DNA of 50,740 bases from a virus (IMGVR_UViG_3300040733_000034:1-50740); one strand, 5' to 3'. Positions 27,524 through 37,140 are shown, numbered from the stretch's first letter. The notes: generated from the letters alone by a model not told the origin. Program-made: numbers and translations.

Positions 27524-29004
27524 CCCCTTGGTTTTTGTGCGAACGTCCTGACCATCTCCATGGCCTTGGTGTACAGGTAGAGCAGTGCCTGGCTTGTCGC
27601 GTCCACCTGGTCGTCAAACGGTACCCGCGGGAATTTTGCAAAGCACTCGATATAATCGTGTACCCATGGCGCAAGCAGCGGATCCGGCAGGTAGACGTTC
27701 CCTGCCTCCTGCAGCGGCGCCACTGCGTTGGCCCGTGATATTTTCCCGCCCTCAGGGCTGACCTCGCGGATCCCTGGTACCTTACCCTTAAGCATGGCCA
27801 CCACGGCCGGGCCATTGGCTTTATCCTCCACCAGTTTGGTGCGGGCCAGCGGCCATTTGGCTGACAGGGTTATGATCGCCTGCAGCGTTCCCGGGAAGTC
27901 CACCTGGGCCAGGAATTGATCGAGAAGGTAAAAGTCTGCCAGCTTGCGGCCCCAGACCTGACCGCAGACAAAGTCCACCTTTTTGCCCTTGCTTGCATCC
28001 AAATCTTTGAAAGTGCAGTCCCAGCTCTCTATGATCTGGTCAAATGACGGCGCGACCCGGTAAAACTTCCATTTGTCGCGCTTGAACATTCCCCCGGCCT
28101 TGGGCGAAGGCTCCTGCAGCACCTGGCAGCCGTAACCGTATGATCCAAGAGACTTCTTCAGGGCGTCAAGCTCTTTGCGTCCCATCCGGTCCGGACAGAG
28201 GAGATCCCCCTGCTCTTTGACGATACTCTTGCCGCCCGGCATCACGATCGTGGTCTTTGTCTCGAATTCCCCCGGCAGCTTAAGGTGCTCATAACCGCCG
28301 ATCTCGGCCAGTATATGGCCGGTCAGGTCCATCTCATGGAGGCGCTGCATGACCACAATAATGACGCCTTTTTTTAGGTCGTCCAACCTGGTTGAAAGAG
28401 TTTGGTCGAAGAACCTGATCCCTTTTTCGCGTTCGGTATCGGACTCGGCTTCTTCCGGGTTCTGCGGATCGTCCACTATGATAAAGTCGCCGCCCTTGCC
28501 TGTGGCCGTGCCTCCCACCGACGTGGCGATCATCGTGCCCCTGCGGCTGTTGCTGTACTCAGTTTTGAGGTTCTGGTCTCCGGCCAGCCGGTATTTGTGG
28601 CCCCACCTCCTCCGGTAATAATCAGACTGGATAATCGTCCTGCGATCAATAGAGTGCTTGGTCGACAGGCTCGCTGAATAACTGGCAAACAGCCAGCGGC
28701 TCTCGGCCCAGTCGATCCACATCCAGGTGGGGAACATGACCGTGACGCCGTTTGACTTCATCGTCCTGGGGGGCTGGTTAATAATCAGCCGGTTTATCTG
28801 GCCGGCTTTAACTGCCTCCAGGTATTCGCATATGGCGTCAATATGCCAGTTGTGACTGTACGGCCGGCCTGGCTCAATAATGTGCCAGGTCTGTTTGATA
28901 TACTCAGAGAGGCGCCGCCTGGCTTTTTCAGCCTGTATGTCCTCCAGCGTCAGCTGGTTTAGACTTGCTAATGATATACTCAAGTGCGGCCAGCTCCTCA
29001 TCAT
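27517..29004 (-). CDS. Terminase large subunit (true start probably somewhat downstream of 29004)
   Basis: NQPPRTMKS Walker A, IIVDDP Walker B, VEDKANG and DDQVDA nuclease motifs. Confidence 0.95.
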   Translation of the reverse strand: MMRSWPHLSISLASLNQLTLEDIQAEKARRRLSEYIKQTWHIIEPGRPYSHNWHIDAICEYLEAVKAGQINRLIINQPPRTMKSNGVTVMFPTWMWIDWAESRWLFASYSASLSTKHSIDRRTIIQSDYYRRRWGHKYRLAGDQNLKTEYSNSRRGTMIATSVGGTATGKGGDFIIVDDPQNPEEAESDTEREKGIRFFDQTLSTRLDDLKKGVIIVVMQRLHEMDLTGHILAEIGGYEHLKLPGEFETKTTIVMPGGKSIVKEQGDLLCPDRMGRKELDALKKSLGSYGYGCQVLQEPSPKAGGMFKRDKWKFYRVAPSFDQIIESWDCTFKDLDASKGKKVDFVCGQVWGRKLADFYLLDQFLAQVDFPGTLQAIITLSAKWPLARTKLVEDKANGPAVVAMLKGKVPGIREVSPEGGKISRANAVAPLQEAGNVYLPDPLLAPWVHDYIECFAKFPRVPFDDQVDATSQALLYLYTKAMEMVRTFAQKPRGW

Positions 29005-29545
29005 TTAGCTTGCTGAGATCCGGTTTGTATTCGATCGGCTTGCCGTCCCGCCCGGACAGCTCAAGCTGCTCCGGTGACTTTGGGAGTACGCCTAAAGATT
29101 GCATGGCCTTGATAAAAAATTCATCTTCGTTGGCAATGTCATTTAAAATGCGGCGCCTTAAAACCGGGTTTTTCGGGATAATGACCACTTCGGATTTCTT
29201 TTTGCCCGTCGTGACAGTTTCGGTTTCCGTTTCCCCGGCCTTGGTGTACTCGTTCCAGCGTTCTCTCTGCCGCTCCTCATAGGCTGCCTGGATCTCGAAT
29301 ATGGCCTGTTCTACCGGCTTCTGGATAAGGGCCAGGCCACGGTCGAGGCCGTACTCGTGGAGTGCCTTTATGTCCCGCTCAACCGTTGCCTTTGATATCC
29401 CCAGAGCCTGCGCGATCTGCTCCTCCGGCCACTTACGGATATACCGAAGGCGCAGCACCTTAGCCCGCCGCTCCTGCATCTTCTTGCTCGGCCCCAGGGT
29501 GTACCGTCTGTCCTTTGGCTCAACCATCGGTATCAGCTCCGGCAA
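28928..29545 (-). CDS. Terminase small subunit (HTH)
   Basis: EEQIAQALGISKATVERDI HTH and ELSGRDGKPI C-terminal motif; upstream of TerL. Confidence 0.8.
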   Translation of the reverse strand: MPELIPMVEPKDRRYTLGPSKKMQERRAKVLRLRYIRKWPEEQIAQALGISKATVERDIKALHEYGLDRGLALIQKPVEQAIFEIQAAYEERQRERWNEYTKAGETETETVTTGKKKSEVVIIPKNPVLRRRILNDIANEDEFFIKAMQSLGVLPKSPEQLELSGRDGKPIEYKPDLSKLNDEELAALEYIISKSKPADAGGHTG

Positions 29546-30149
29546 GGTAGTCAGCGGCCATCATTTCCAGCGCCATCCCCCGCGGGTTCTTGGCATAGTT
29601 CTGCATATTGGCGATATGGTCGAGCGCCCTTTCCACGATCTCGATCTGGTCAGGGTAAAGAATAAAATGAATCCTCTTGGGCGCCTGCCCTGTAACCTGC
29701 TGTCTTTCCATCTGGCTGTACTCAGGCGGCAGCTTTAAGAGCGCCAGGCTGTCCTGCAGCTGCAGTTCGCTGTAAGGGAGCCTTTCGGCCAGCTCCGGCA
29801 GCGACATGGTCTTGTTAAGCTCGGCCAGGAGCGCCGCCAGCTTGGCGGGTACCGCGGTCCCCCTCATGTAATTCAGCTGCATAGTCTTGAGCTTGGCCTC
29901 GTCGTCGTCCATTTCCACGACCACGGCCGGAATGATATCTGCCCCCAGCTCGGACATGATCCGCCAGCGGTGCTCCCCGTCCACGATCTCCCAGACATCC
30001 CCGGAGGCCCGCACGGTGATCGGGCTGACAAAGCCGCGGCTCTTAATATCGGATTTCAGCTTGGCATACGTTTTGGCGCTCAGCTTGTTAGGGTTCCACG
30101 GGTTCGGCTTGATCTTGTCGACCCGCAGGCTCTTAAGCTCTATCTGCAT
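29520..30149 (-). CDS. ParB/Srx N-terminal domain protein
   Basis: IKPNPWNPN and IVDGEHRW motifs. Confidence 0.88.
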   Translation of the reverse strand: MQIELKSLRVDKIKPNPWNPNKLSAKTYAKLKSDIKSRGFVSPITVRASGDVWEIVDGEHRWRIMSELGADIIPAVVVEMDDDEAKLKTMQLNYMRGTAVPAKLAALLAELNKTMSLPELAERLPYSELQLQDSLALLKLPPEYSQMERQQVTGQAPKRIHFILYPDQIEIVERALDHIANMQNYAKNPRGMALEMMAADYLAGADTDG

Positions 30150-30170
30150 TTGTCCCCACCTCCCGCAAAC

Positions 30171-30233
30171 AAAAAAAGGCAGGGAAAGCCGAAAGTAAGC
30201 CCACTGTCGTGGACTCCTCCGGCGCTCCCTGCC
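30171..30233 (-). terminator. Long-hairpin terminator/attenuator ahead of the packaging operon
   Basis: GGCAGGGA...GAGTCCAC-GACA-GTGGGCTT...TCCCTGCC followed by T7 on the minus strand. Confidence 0.75.
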
Positions 30234-30242
30234 AGCTCCCCG

Positions 30243-30689
30243 TTATTTCTTGCGCTGATCAGCCCCCTGATCATTTTTTGCTCCTTCGCCCTTGTCCCTT
30301 TTCTCGGCCGCGATTACCATGATCCGCTCGGCCTCTCCCTGTTGCCCTTCGGCTGCCAGGCGTTTGGCCACGTTCAGGACAGCTTCGGCTCCGCTCGCCG
30401 GGCTGCCCTCTGGAGCGATCTTCAGATCCTCCTCGTTGTCCTGGTTGTTGACCAGGCCTCCGCCCTTTAGGTCGTCCAGGTCCACTCCGCGCAGGTCGTC
30501 ATAATCGATCGGCACGGCCCCGGTTATATGTTCCATGCCCTCGGTACCCGCATCCTGCAGCTGGCCGCCTGTGCATAACTTGCAGCAGCTGCTTGTACAC
30601 TGCTGGTGTCCCCCCGGCTCTCCGTCGACCTCCATGCGCCTGGCCATGATCTGTCGCTCAAATGCCGACCTATATTCCCCGTCTTTCAT
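30243..30689 (-). CDS. Hypothetical protein
   Basis: 148-aa ORF, ATGA-coupled to the methyltransferase gene. Confidence 0.5.
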   Translation of the reverse strand: MKDGEYRSAFERQIMARRMEVDGEPGGHQQCTSSCCKLCTGGQLQDAGTEGMEHITGAVPIDYDDLRGVDLDDLKGGGLVNNQDNEEDLKIAPEGSPASGAEAVLNVAKRLAAEGQQGEAERIMVIAAEKRDKGEGAKNDQGADQRKK

Positions 30690-31348
30690 ACCACTGCCCC
30701 CTTTAGGCTCTCGCCCTTGTATATACCGTTTTCGTATTTGGTGACGTTCTGCCAGGCTGAGCAGTCAACCTGATTGCCCCAGCAGTGCCAGCCTGGTATA
30801 AGCTGCCGGGCGAATATCTCCAGCTTCGGAGCGTCCCCAACAAGCGCCTGGGCAATCCAGTACTGGTCGTCAGGCTTTGCGCTGTGTTCCGGGCGCGGCC
30901 TGGGCGCTATGATGGCGCCGGGGATTCCCTGGTTCAGTCGGATCCGGCTGACCACTCCCTTGAGGCCGATCAGCATTTCCTCGCTGCAGCTCCTCACCGT
31001 ATGGCCACCGCTCACCTGGTAAACAAAGCGGCCCTTGCGCACGTCATACCTGGCCTTAACCCAGGGCACGGCCGTGCTGTATTTAAAGCCCCAGGCCTCG
31101 ATCACCCTGGCCGGCATGGACGGCTCTAAGTCGTCGATCTTGATCGGGTGTGTGCTCCAGAGGAGCAGGATCGCGTCATCAGCTGTGATTGACTTTATCC
31201 ACTCGCCCATGGCGCAAATCTCGTCTATGCCCATAGTTTTGTAAACCGGGCGCTTGCGCTGCCGCCCTTGATATTCCGGACTTAGGCGGGTGCCCTGGTC
31301 TTTATATTTCCAGGGTGGATCGGCCAAAATCAGCTTGTACTTGGTCAT
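30686..31348 (-). CDS. MT-A70 family adenine methyltransferase
   Basis: ILADPPW, HSAKP, LEIFAR and WGNQ motifs. Confidence 0.92.
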   Translation of the reverse strand: MTKYKLILADPPWKYKDQGTRLSPEYQGRQRKRPVYKTMGIDEICAMGEWIKSITADDAILLLWSTHPIKIDDLEPSMPARVIEAWGFKYSTAVPWVKARYDVRKGRFVYQVSGGHTVRSCSEEMLIGLKGVVSRIRLNQGIPGAIIAPRPRPEHSAKPDDQYWIAQALVGDAPKLEIFARQLIPGWHCWGNQVDCSAWQNVTKYENGIYKGESLKGAVV

Positions 31349-31620
31349 ATCAGCTCACCCTTTTGCTCCAGGTATTCGGTGAGCTGCTGCCGGATCTCTT
31401 TGGCCACTTGGACGCTGACGGGCACTCCCTGGATCTTCACAATCCCCTCTCCGGTGACCTCGATCGGCTCGTTCAATACCAGCCCCAGCTTTATGGTTGG
31501 CAGCTCGTGAGTCTTTCGCTCGATCACAACCTCAGTTTTGCCTGTGACGTAAACCCCGTCTATCTTAAGCAAGAAATTTCTTGGCCCCAGGACGGCCTCA
31601 TATTTCTGTAGCTCTGACAT
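31345..31620 (-). CDS. Hypothetical protein
   Basis: Start re-called to ATG at 31620 (GGAGG upstream); 91 aa. Confidence 0.6.
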   Translation of the reverse strand: MSELQKYEAVLGPRNFLLKIDGVYVTGKTEVVIERKTHELPTIKLGLVLNEPIEVTGEGIVKIQGVPVSVQVAKEIRQQLTEYLEQKGELI

Positions 31621-31640
31621 ATCTGTATCAATCCTCCAGT

Positions 31641-31931
31641 TTATCTTTCGCCCTTTCGTCGGGCGTCTATGATCTGTGCGTAGGTCCTTACCTCCGGATG
31701 TCTGATCCTGAACCTGACCCAGCCGATCGTGTGCTGCTCTCCATGATGCAGCCAGCACAGCGGACAGACGTTCTCCGCGGTGTCGTCTCCACCGGCTCCC
31801 CGGCTCTTGACGTGGGCTGCTTCGGCCTGCAGGTTGCAGCTGTCAATGCAGCACTGCTCACGTCGGACGGCCTGCAACAGCTCTTTGTCAACCACCCGGC
31901 GACACTTTGACAGAAGAAAGACTCCGCTCAT
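31641..31931 (-). CDS. Small HNH-type nuclease
   Basis: CCIDSC...AHVKSRGAGGDD..NVCPLCWLHHGEQH. Confidence 0.85.
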   Translation of the reverse strand: MSGVFLLSKCRRVVDKELLQAVRREQCCIDSCNLQAEAAHVKSRGAGGDDTAENVCPLCWLHHGEQHTIGWVRFRIRHPEVRTYAQIIDARRKGER

Positions 31932-31985
31932 AAATTTTTCCTCCCTGCTTGTCTGCGTGCCGGGCGCCGGCGTTCTTTTGACTTG

Positions 31986-32015
31986 ATTATCAGCTGACTA
32001 TTTGACAGGTGTCAA
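31986..32015 (-). promoter_or_regulatory. Putative promoter with palindromic TTGACA-GG-TGTCAA
   Basis: Minus strand TTGACA-N18-GATAAT in the intergenic gap after the regulator gene. Confidence 0.5.
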
Positions 32016-32046
32016 TGTATGGAAGTGCTAAAGATACCGGGATAAA

Positions 32047-32442
32047 TCATCCCTCAAGTGCTCGCCTTAGCTCATAGATATACGCCGGGTGCAGTAATGA
32101 AAGAAAAGCAGCAGTGCAATATTGAATTTCTGCCAGACGGCGGCAGCAGCTCCTCTCGGAAATGCCCCACATTTCCCGGAGTTCGGCCATGGTCAGGCGC
32201 TTATGGTAATGATAGAACACTATTTTCCGGTGTTCTGAGTGCATGGCTTTTCTTGATGCAGACAGGGCTTTTGTGACCGCTTCCAGTGTTTCCCGGGAAA
32301 TTTCTGCCGGCCGGACGCACACATTACCACCCGGTGTGATCCTCTCCACCATGATCCTGCATCTCTCTCCCCCCTCCCCCAGGGCCTTTACCATTTGTCC
32401 CTCGTTTTTGAGGATCCACTTGACCATTTTAAGGTTTTCCAT
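32047..32442 (-). CDS. Putative late transcriptional regulator (ArpU/RinA-like, sigma region-4-like HTH)
   Basis: HRKIVFYHYHKRLTMAELREMWGISERS; last gene of the early region. Confidence 0.6.
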   Translation of the reverse strand: MENLKMVKWILKNEGQMVKALGEGGERCRIMVERITPGGNVCVRPAEISRETLEAVTKALSASRKAMHSEHRKIVFYHYHKRLTMAELREMWGISERSCCRRLAEIQYCTAAFLSLLHPAYIYELRRALEG

Positions 32443-32446
32443 GGCT

Positions 32447-33424
32447 TTAGCTTACCTCCGGGAACTCGTTCCACTCCCGGCCATCCAGCAGCCGGCCAGC
32501 AACCCTTTTGCCCATACGGTCCATCCACATTGAGCCTGGTATTTCTTTGTCGTTCTCATCATTGAGCCAGTTTGGCGCATACTCTCCCCACTGTTTAAAG
32601 AAAAATCTCGTCCCCGCTGCCTGGCACTGATCGCGCAGGTTCCTTGCCCAATCCCGGTGCATCGGTCTTGCGCATGGACCTGATTCACCGCCACAGATCA
32701 CCCAGTCAATGGCCGCATAATAGATATTACTGGAGCCACATTTTTCGCAAATTACATCAAAATCGCCCGCTTCGTGGTTTGACTCAGTTGTTGTTTCTAT
32801 AATGCCACAATGCTTACAAAAAGCTGCCGGGCCGTATGCGCCATGCCCATCTAGCCACGCTCTTAAATCCACCGGCCCCAGCATCGGCTCCACGCTCACA
32901 AACCGAACCGCCGCCGGTATCTGCAGCAGTATCGGGATTCTCTTATCTGCCTGCTCCTGATTTTCAGCAGTAACGCCAAGCCAGACGTTGGGCAGTGGCC
33001 AGGGGGAAGGCTCAGCATTTACACCTCTTAATGTTTGTAGCCATACATCGTTAGCTACTGTTTCATGGCTCATTATTTCCCTCATACGCTCTGGCCGCTT
33101 TGTTAAAAGCAAGAATGTATGTCGGCTTGTTTCGGCCATAACCGAAAGAGCGTCAATTATAAACATTGTCGGTACATCTTCGTGAAACAGATCACCCATG
33201 GAGCAAACAAAGATCCTACTCGGCTTCCTCCAATGCAGGGGTTCTTCTAATCTATCCTGGTGAAGCGTCACCTTGAAAGGATCATCCTTCGGGTATCCTG
33301 CGCGGCCGGCCAGGCGCTTGCTCATGCGCTCGGCGTAGCAGTTCTGGCAGCCGGGGCTTAATTTTGTGCAGCCTGTTACAGGATTCCAAACTCGGTCAGT
33401 CCATTCGATTTTTGAGTTACCCAT
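32447..33424 (-). CDS. Phage Gp37/Gp68 (DUF5131) family protein
   Basis: SKIEWTD, WNPVTGCTKLSPGCQNCYA, IFVCSMGDLFHE, WVICGGESG, FFFKQWG. Confidence 0.92.
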   Translation of the reverse strand: MGNSKIEWTDRVWNPVTGCTKLSPGCQNCYAERMSKRLAGRAGYPKDDPFKVTLHQDRLEEPLHWRKPSRIFVCSMGDLFHEDVPTMFIIDALSVMAETSRHTFLLLTKRPERMREIMSHETVANDVWLQTLRGVNAEPSPWPLPNVWLGVTAENQEQADKRIPILLQIPAAVRFVSVEPMLGPVDLRAWLDGHGAYGPAAFCKHCGIIETTTESNHEAGDFDVICEKCGSSNIYYAAIDWVICGGESGPCARPMHRDWARNLRDQCQAAGTRFFFKQWGEYAPNWLNDENDKEIPGSMWMDRMGKRVAGRLLDGREWNEFPEVS

Positions 33425-33743
33425 GATTCACCTCTCTCCTTGGATTCACATAAGGCACTACATCACCGCGTTTTTCTTTTCCCAGAGTCGAAAGCCTATC
33501 TTGAATCCATCTATACCAATCTCTATGGCTGGTTTTCAGTGGTATAAACCCTGCGTCTGCAGCCACCTTCCTATATTCCTTCAGTTCTCCGCTTGCCCAG
33601 GCCCGGGGAAGGTACAACCACCAGGGCTCATATAAAATACTCAGTTTATCCGCCCAGCAAAGAGGCGAAGGGCTTATACCAGCATTCCTGGCGTAGTGTC
33701 GCGAATGGTACAGGCAAAGATCGTAATATTGCACCATGCGCAT
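33417..33743 (-). pseudogene. Probable C-terminal fragment of a phage HD-like protein
   Basis: YHSRHYA..PSPLCWADKLS..YEPWWLYLPRA resembles the second half of a longer phage protein; no clear RBS; overlaps the upstream ORF by 70 nt. Confidence 0.4.
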
Positions 33744-34198
33744 TTAACTGGCCCGTCTCCGCTGTCAGTGCAATGGCAGCCGACCTCCACCGGATCCTCA
33801 GAGTCCATTAATTCCAGCAGGCCCCGCAGGGCGTCCTCCAGCTGCTTGATCCTTTCCTGGCCAGCCTCGGCTTTGTGTCTCAAGCAAACGATCCGCTGTT
33901 GATAGCTTGGGTTCTCTTGCATCAGGTGCCCGTTTGCTGCTATCTGCCAAAATTGATCCGCTATTTCCCCGGTTAGGTTCTCCCTGGCCCATTGCCAAAG
34001 GCGCTCTGTGTCCGCGTGTCTGCTGTCGGTCATTATCTGCTGCAGCTCGGCCTCCTTCCACAGGAGCTGATTCTCGGCGCGGAGGTCGTCGGCAGATTTA
34101 AGTACGCTACATACCGGACAGTTTTCGTGATGCGTACCATTGGTCTTTTCCCATATGTGTCCACACTCATAAAGATGTATCTCGATATCCCGTTTCAT
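33674..34198 (-). CDS. Hypothetical protein (Cys-containing)
   Basis: 174-aa ORF with GGGAG RBS, in the early operon. Confidence 0.55.
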   Translation of the reverse strand: MKRDIEIHLYECGHIWEKTNGTHHENCPVCSVLKSADDLRAENQLLWKEAELQQIMTDSRHADTERLWQWARENLTGEIADQFWQIAANGHLMQENPSYQQRIVCLRHKAEAGQERIKQLEDALRGLLELMDSEDPVEVGCHCTDSGDGPVKCAWCNITIFACTIRDTTPGMLV

Positions 34199-34664
34199 CC
34201 GGTACCAGCTCCCTTAATTGTATTGCAGCCGCTCCTGACTGTCTGATCGCAGCTACTAAGTTGTTGAAATACTTAGGCGCCATTCTCTCCCTAGCATGCC
34301 TGACCATATCCTCAGTGTGTTTTATAACGTCGGCCGCCCTTGTTCTAAGCTGTTCGTTCACGTCATTGAGTTTCATTATCTCGGCCCGGTGGGCTGAGAG
34401 GCACAGCTCAGAGGTAATAAGAGCCTGGTGCTCCTTTTGCGCCTCTGCCGTCGCCTCTTTCAGCCTCTTGCTAAAATAGTCCTCGCGGGCATGGGACTCC
34501 TTCAGCAGCACTTCCAGCTGCTTGGCCTTGCCCTCAGCCGCCAGCGCCCTCTTTATCGCATAGGGCCACCCGTGCATAGCCGTGCGAATAAATCCTAAAT
34601 GCGACACGTTGCCCGCGGCCGTCTCGATATACTTAAGATCAGCATTAAGATCCCGCTCCATCAT
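34167..34664 (-). CDS. Hypothetical coiled-coil protein
   Basis: 165-aa ORF, GGAGG RBS. Confidence 0.65.
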   Translation of the reverse strand: MMERDLNADLKYIETAAGNVSHLGFIRTAMHGWPYAIKRALAAEGKAKQLEVLLKESHAREDYFSKRLKEATAEAQKEHQALITSELCLSAHRAEIMKLNDVNEQLRTRAADVIKHTEDMVRHARERMAPKYFNNLVAAIRQSGAAAIQLRELVPDETGYRDTSL

Positions 34665-34667
34665 TTG

Positions 34668-34901
34668 CTAGCTCGCCTCCCCCACAATGTCCCGCAGCCT
34701 GCAGGCGATCCTGGCGGCGCTTAAGGCTGCCTGTTCCTCGCCTGCGTGTTCCAATAGCATGGCCTGGGTGAAAATAGCCGGGTAAATTGTTCTCATAAGT
34801 TCCAGTAGGCTCTTGTTTTCAGCCTCAAGATCCTCTTTGAGCTCGCAGCCAGGGCAGGGCCTAAGCTCCCGCCCTTTTCCCCTGTGTTTATTACCGCTCA
34901 T
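34668..34901 (-). CDS. Hypothetical protein
   Basis: 77-aa ORF with CPGC, RBS present. Confidence 0.55.
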   Translation of the reverse strand: MSGNKHRGKGRELRPCPGCELKEDLEAENKSLLELMRTIYPAIFTQAMLLEHAGEEQAALSAARIACRLRDIVGEAS

Positions 34902-34925
34902 TCTTCGCTCACCCCCAAGGCTTTT

Positions 34926-35699
34926 TTAATTTTGCCCTGCTGCGCCTACCCGATCACTATACCTAATAGGCAGCAGTACAATGGTTATGTCCTTGCTTTC
35001 AAATGTCAGTGGTTCAAGCCATCCTCTTACATAAAGGTCAAACTCGCCATCCAGGACCATAAGGGCTGTATCAAGGTATTCTTTATTTAGCCCGATTCTT
35101 ACGCTGTCAAAATCAATTTTTACACATTCAACATCATTGTTATCGGGGTTAAACTTAAAAGGCGAAGGTTTAAAAAGGGAGTAGAAGTTTTCAGGCTTTA
35201 TGCCAGAATATGCCTTTGCCCCTTCTTTTGAAGGTATCACTCGGTGAACATCGGGGAATTCAACGCCTGTCTTTACGTGGTCCTTGAAGTTTTCCCTGAC
35301 ATCCCACTTTATTTTTGTGTTCTTCAGTTCGGCCTGGATATGCGGGCATTTAATTATTATCAGCCTGTGTGTTTCAGACGCTTGAAGCTCGGTTTCGGTT
35401 ATATTGATATATTGAAATTGATGGCGGCCATTGTCATCAGCCTTAAAAGAAAAGTACGAGGCCTTAATAAAGTCATTTACAAATGGATCGTCGGTGAATT
35501 TGTTTATCTCGTATATTTTCTTTTCCAGCATCTTTGTTTTGACTGCCTTCATCTGCATTTCAATGCGATGCATTTTGGATTCCATGTCGTCCAAGTCGGA
35601 CTGCAAGTCTTCTATTTCTGACACGAGTTGGTCATATTCATTTTCCAGCCGCTTATACTCTTTATCTAGTCTTATTAGCTCATCATCAAGGTATAACAC
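34926..35699 (-). CDS. Coiled coil fused to partial DNA polymerase III beta-clamp-like domains
   Basis: ASETHRL, FPDVHRVIP, IGLNKEYLDTAL and VLLPIR echo DnaN motifs ATDGHRL, FPDYRRVIP, IGFNxxYLxDAL and LIMPVR. Confidence 0.65.
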   Translation of the reverse strand: MLYLDDELIRLDKEYKRLENEYDQLVSEIEDLQSDLDDMESKMHRIEMQMKAVKTKMLEKKIYEINKFTDDPFVNDFIKASYFSFKADDNGRHQFQYINITETELQASETHRLIIIKCPHIQAELKNTKIKWDVRENFKDHVKTGVEFPDVHRVIPSKEGAKAYSGIKPENFYSLFKPSPFKFNPDNNDVECVKIDFDSVRIGLNKEYLDTALMVLDGEFDLYVRGWLEPLTFESKDITIVLLPIRYSDRVGAAGQN

Positions 35700-35980
35700 T
35701 ATACCTTCACCTCAGCTTTCTTCTTTGGTTGGTCGACTATAAAAGACTCAAGATCCAGCTCCCAGAATTCCTCCCTGGGGAATTCGCTTTCCATCCCCAG
35801 CAGCTTGCAGGTCTTGTCCTGGAATTCCTTAAGGGCGACGGCCACGGCCCTGGCGTCCAGCAGTGTCTTGCCCTTACGCCAGGACTCCGGATCTTTAAGC
35901 GGCCCCAGCTCTATAGCCTGGTCGGCCGCTTTAATGAATCCTTCAGCGTCTATCCGCTGCAGTCTATACGCAAAGCGCAT
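35699..35980 (-). CDS. Hypothetical protein
   Basis: 93-aa ORF in operon, AGGAAG upstream. Confidence 0.55.
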   Translation of the reverse strand: MRFAYRLQRIDAEGFIKAADQAIELGPLKDPESWRKGKTLLDARAVAVALKEFQDKTCKLLGMESEFPREEFWELDLESFIVDQPKKKAEVKV

Positions 35981-36728
35981 TACTTCCTGGTACCCGTATT
36001 TGTAAGTCGTGCTCGTTATTAATTACCTCCCTGCTTTTGTATCTGGGATCCCGCCCCTCGATGATCGAGAGCGCCATCTCCATACCGTTATATAGTCCCA
36101 GGCTGTAGCTGGGATCCTCTCCTTTACTCAGCTGGCCTGCCTGCGTTTTTATAAGGTCTCTGATATTGTCCACCCGTTCTTGTGTTGTTGCGTCCACCTC
36201 GTTGGCCTCCTCCCCGGTGAATATGCCCCAGAATTCGTCAACCTTGGTAAGATAGTCTTTGCCCCGTACCTTGTAACACTCAAAATCCCGGAAGTGAGCT
36301 GAAGCCGGGCCTCCCCGCTTATGTGCCGCCATTGAGGCCCGCCAGTAGATCCAGGGCACCACGTAAAGATCCGTGCTCATGTGCCCGGCCAGGATAAACG
36401 ACAGCCCCCCAGGGTTCTGCAGCATCCAGACGTCTAAAAATTCGGCCTGGTGCGGCTGGACGCCAGACTTCCCGGCAAAGGGGATCCGATCCTCGCTGCA
36501 GTCCTTGGCGTCAAAGGCCAGGGGCCTTCCGCGGTAGGCTCCTAAAAAGTCCACCGCGGCCTTTCTCTCCACCTTGGCGCTCACGATCCGGCCGCCCTGG
36601 CGAAGTGGTTTCCACTCGGTCGGCACTTTATGTATGACAGCCCGCCCGGCAGCTCTGTACTGGTTGTTTAAATACTCAATTACCGTTTCAAATGCCAGTC
36701 CTTTATTCGCGTAAGCGTTATTTGCCAT
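35964..36728 (-). CDS. recU: Holliday junction resolvase RecU with C-terminal extension
   Basis: ANKGLAFE, IHKVPT, VDFLGAYRG, AFDAK, HQ motifs. Confidence 0.88.
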   Translation of the reverse strand: MANNAYANKGLAFETVIEYLNNQYRAAGRAVIHKVPTEWKPLRQGGRIVSAKVERKAAVDFLGAYRGRPLAFDAKDCSEDRIPFAGKSGVQPHQAEFLDVWMLQNPGGLSFILAGHMSTDLYVVPWIYWRASMAAHKRGGPASAHFRDFECYKVRGKDYLTKVDEFWGIFTGEEANEVDATTQERVDNIRDLIKTQAGQLSKGEDPSYSLGLYNGMEMALSIIEGRDPRYKSREVINNEHDLQIRVPGSNALCV

Positions 36729-36951
36729 TTCGGCCTCTTTTTCTCTTAACCGTGGCCGGCTTCTTCTTCTCGACGACCTGGCACTGCAATGACATTTTTA
36801 GCTTTTTGCCGGTATTCTCCAGCCTTTCCTCGGGCAGTTGGAGAGACTCAGGCTCGCAGCCGTCTGCCCGCTTTTTGCAGTTTACGCAGAATAAATATTT
36901 AACCACATCGCCAAACGGGATCCAGCCGACCGTCCTTATTTTTCTAGCCAT
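36718..36951 (-). CDS. Hypothetical Cys-containing protein
   Basis: 77-aa ORF, AAGGAG RBS. Confidence 0.55.
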   Translation of the reverse strand: MARKIRTVGWIPFGDVVKYLFCVNCKKRADGCEPESLQLPEERLENTGKKLKMSLQCQVVEKKKPATVKRKRGRNGK

Positions 36952-37140
36952 TTAAAACTCCTTTGTGCTCTTGGATGTTCCGTCCCAATCGCTATTTAGT
37001 TGTTTTTTAAGTGGGCACAGCTGTTCAAAAGCCCAACTATCGGCAATTCTGCAGAATACAAGCGCTACCCCTTTCGTGTTATACCCCAGGTGCTCGACAA
37101 AAAAGCGGCACGCCAGGCAGATATGCAGGCCATCGGTCAT
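36952..37140 (-). CDS. Hypothetical Cys-containing protein
   Basis: 62-aa ORF coupled to the upstream stop. Confidence 0.5.
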   Translation of the reverse strand: MTDGLHICLACRFFVEHLGYNTKGVALVFCRIADSWAFEQLCPLKKQLNSDWDGTSKSTKEF

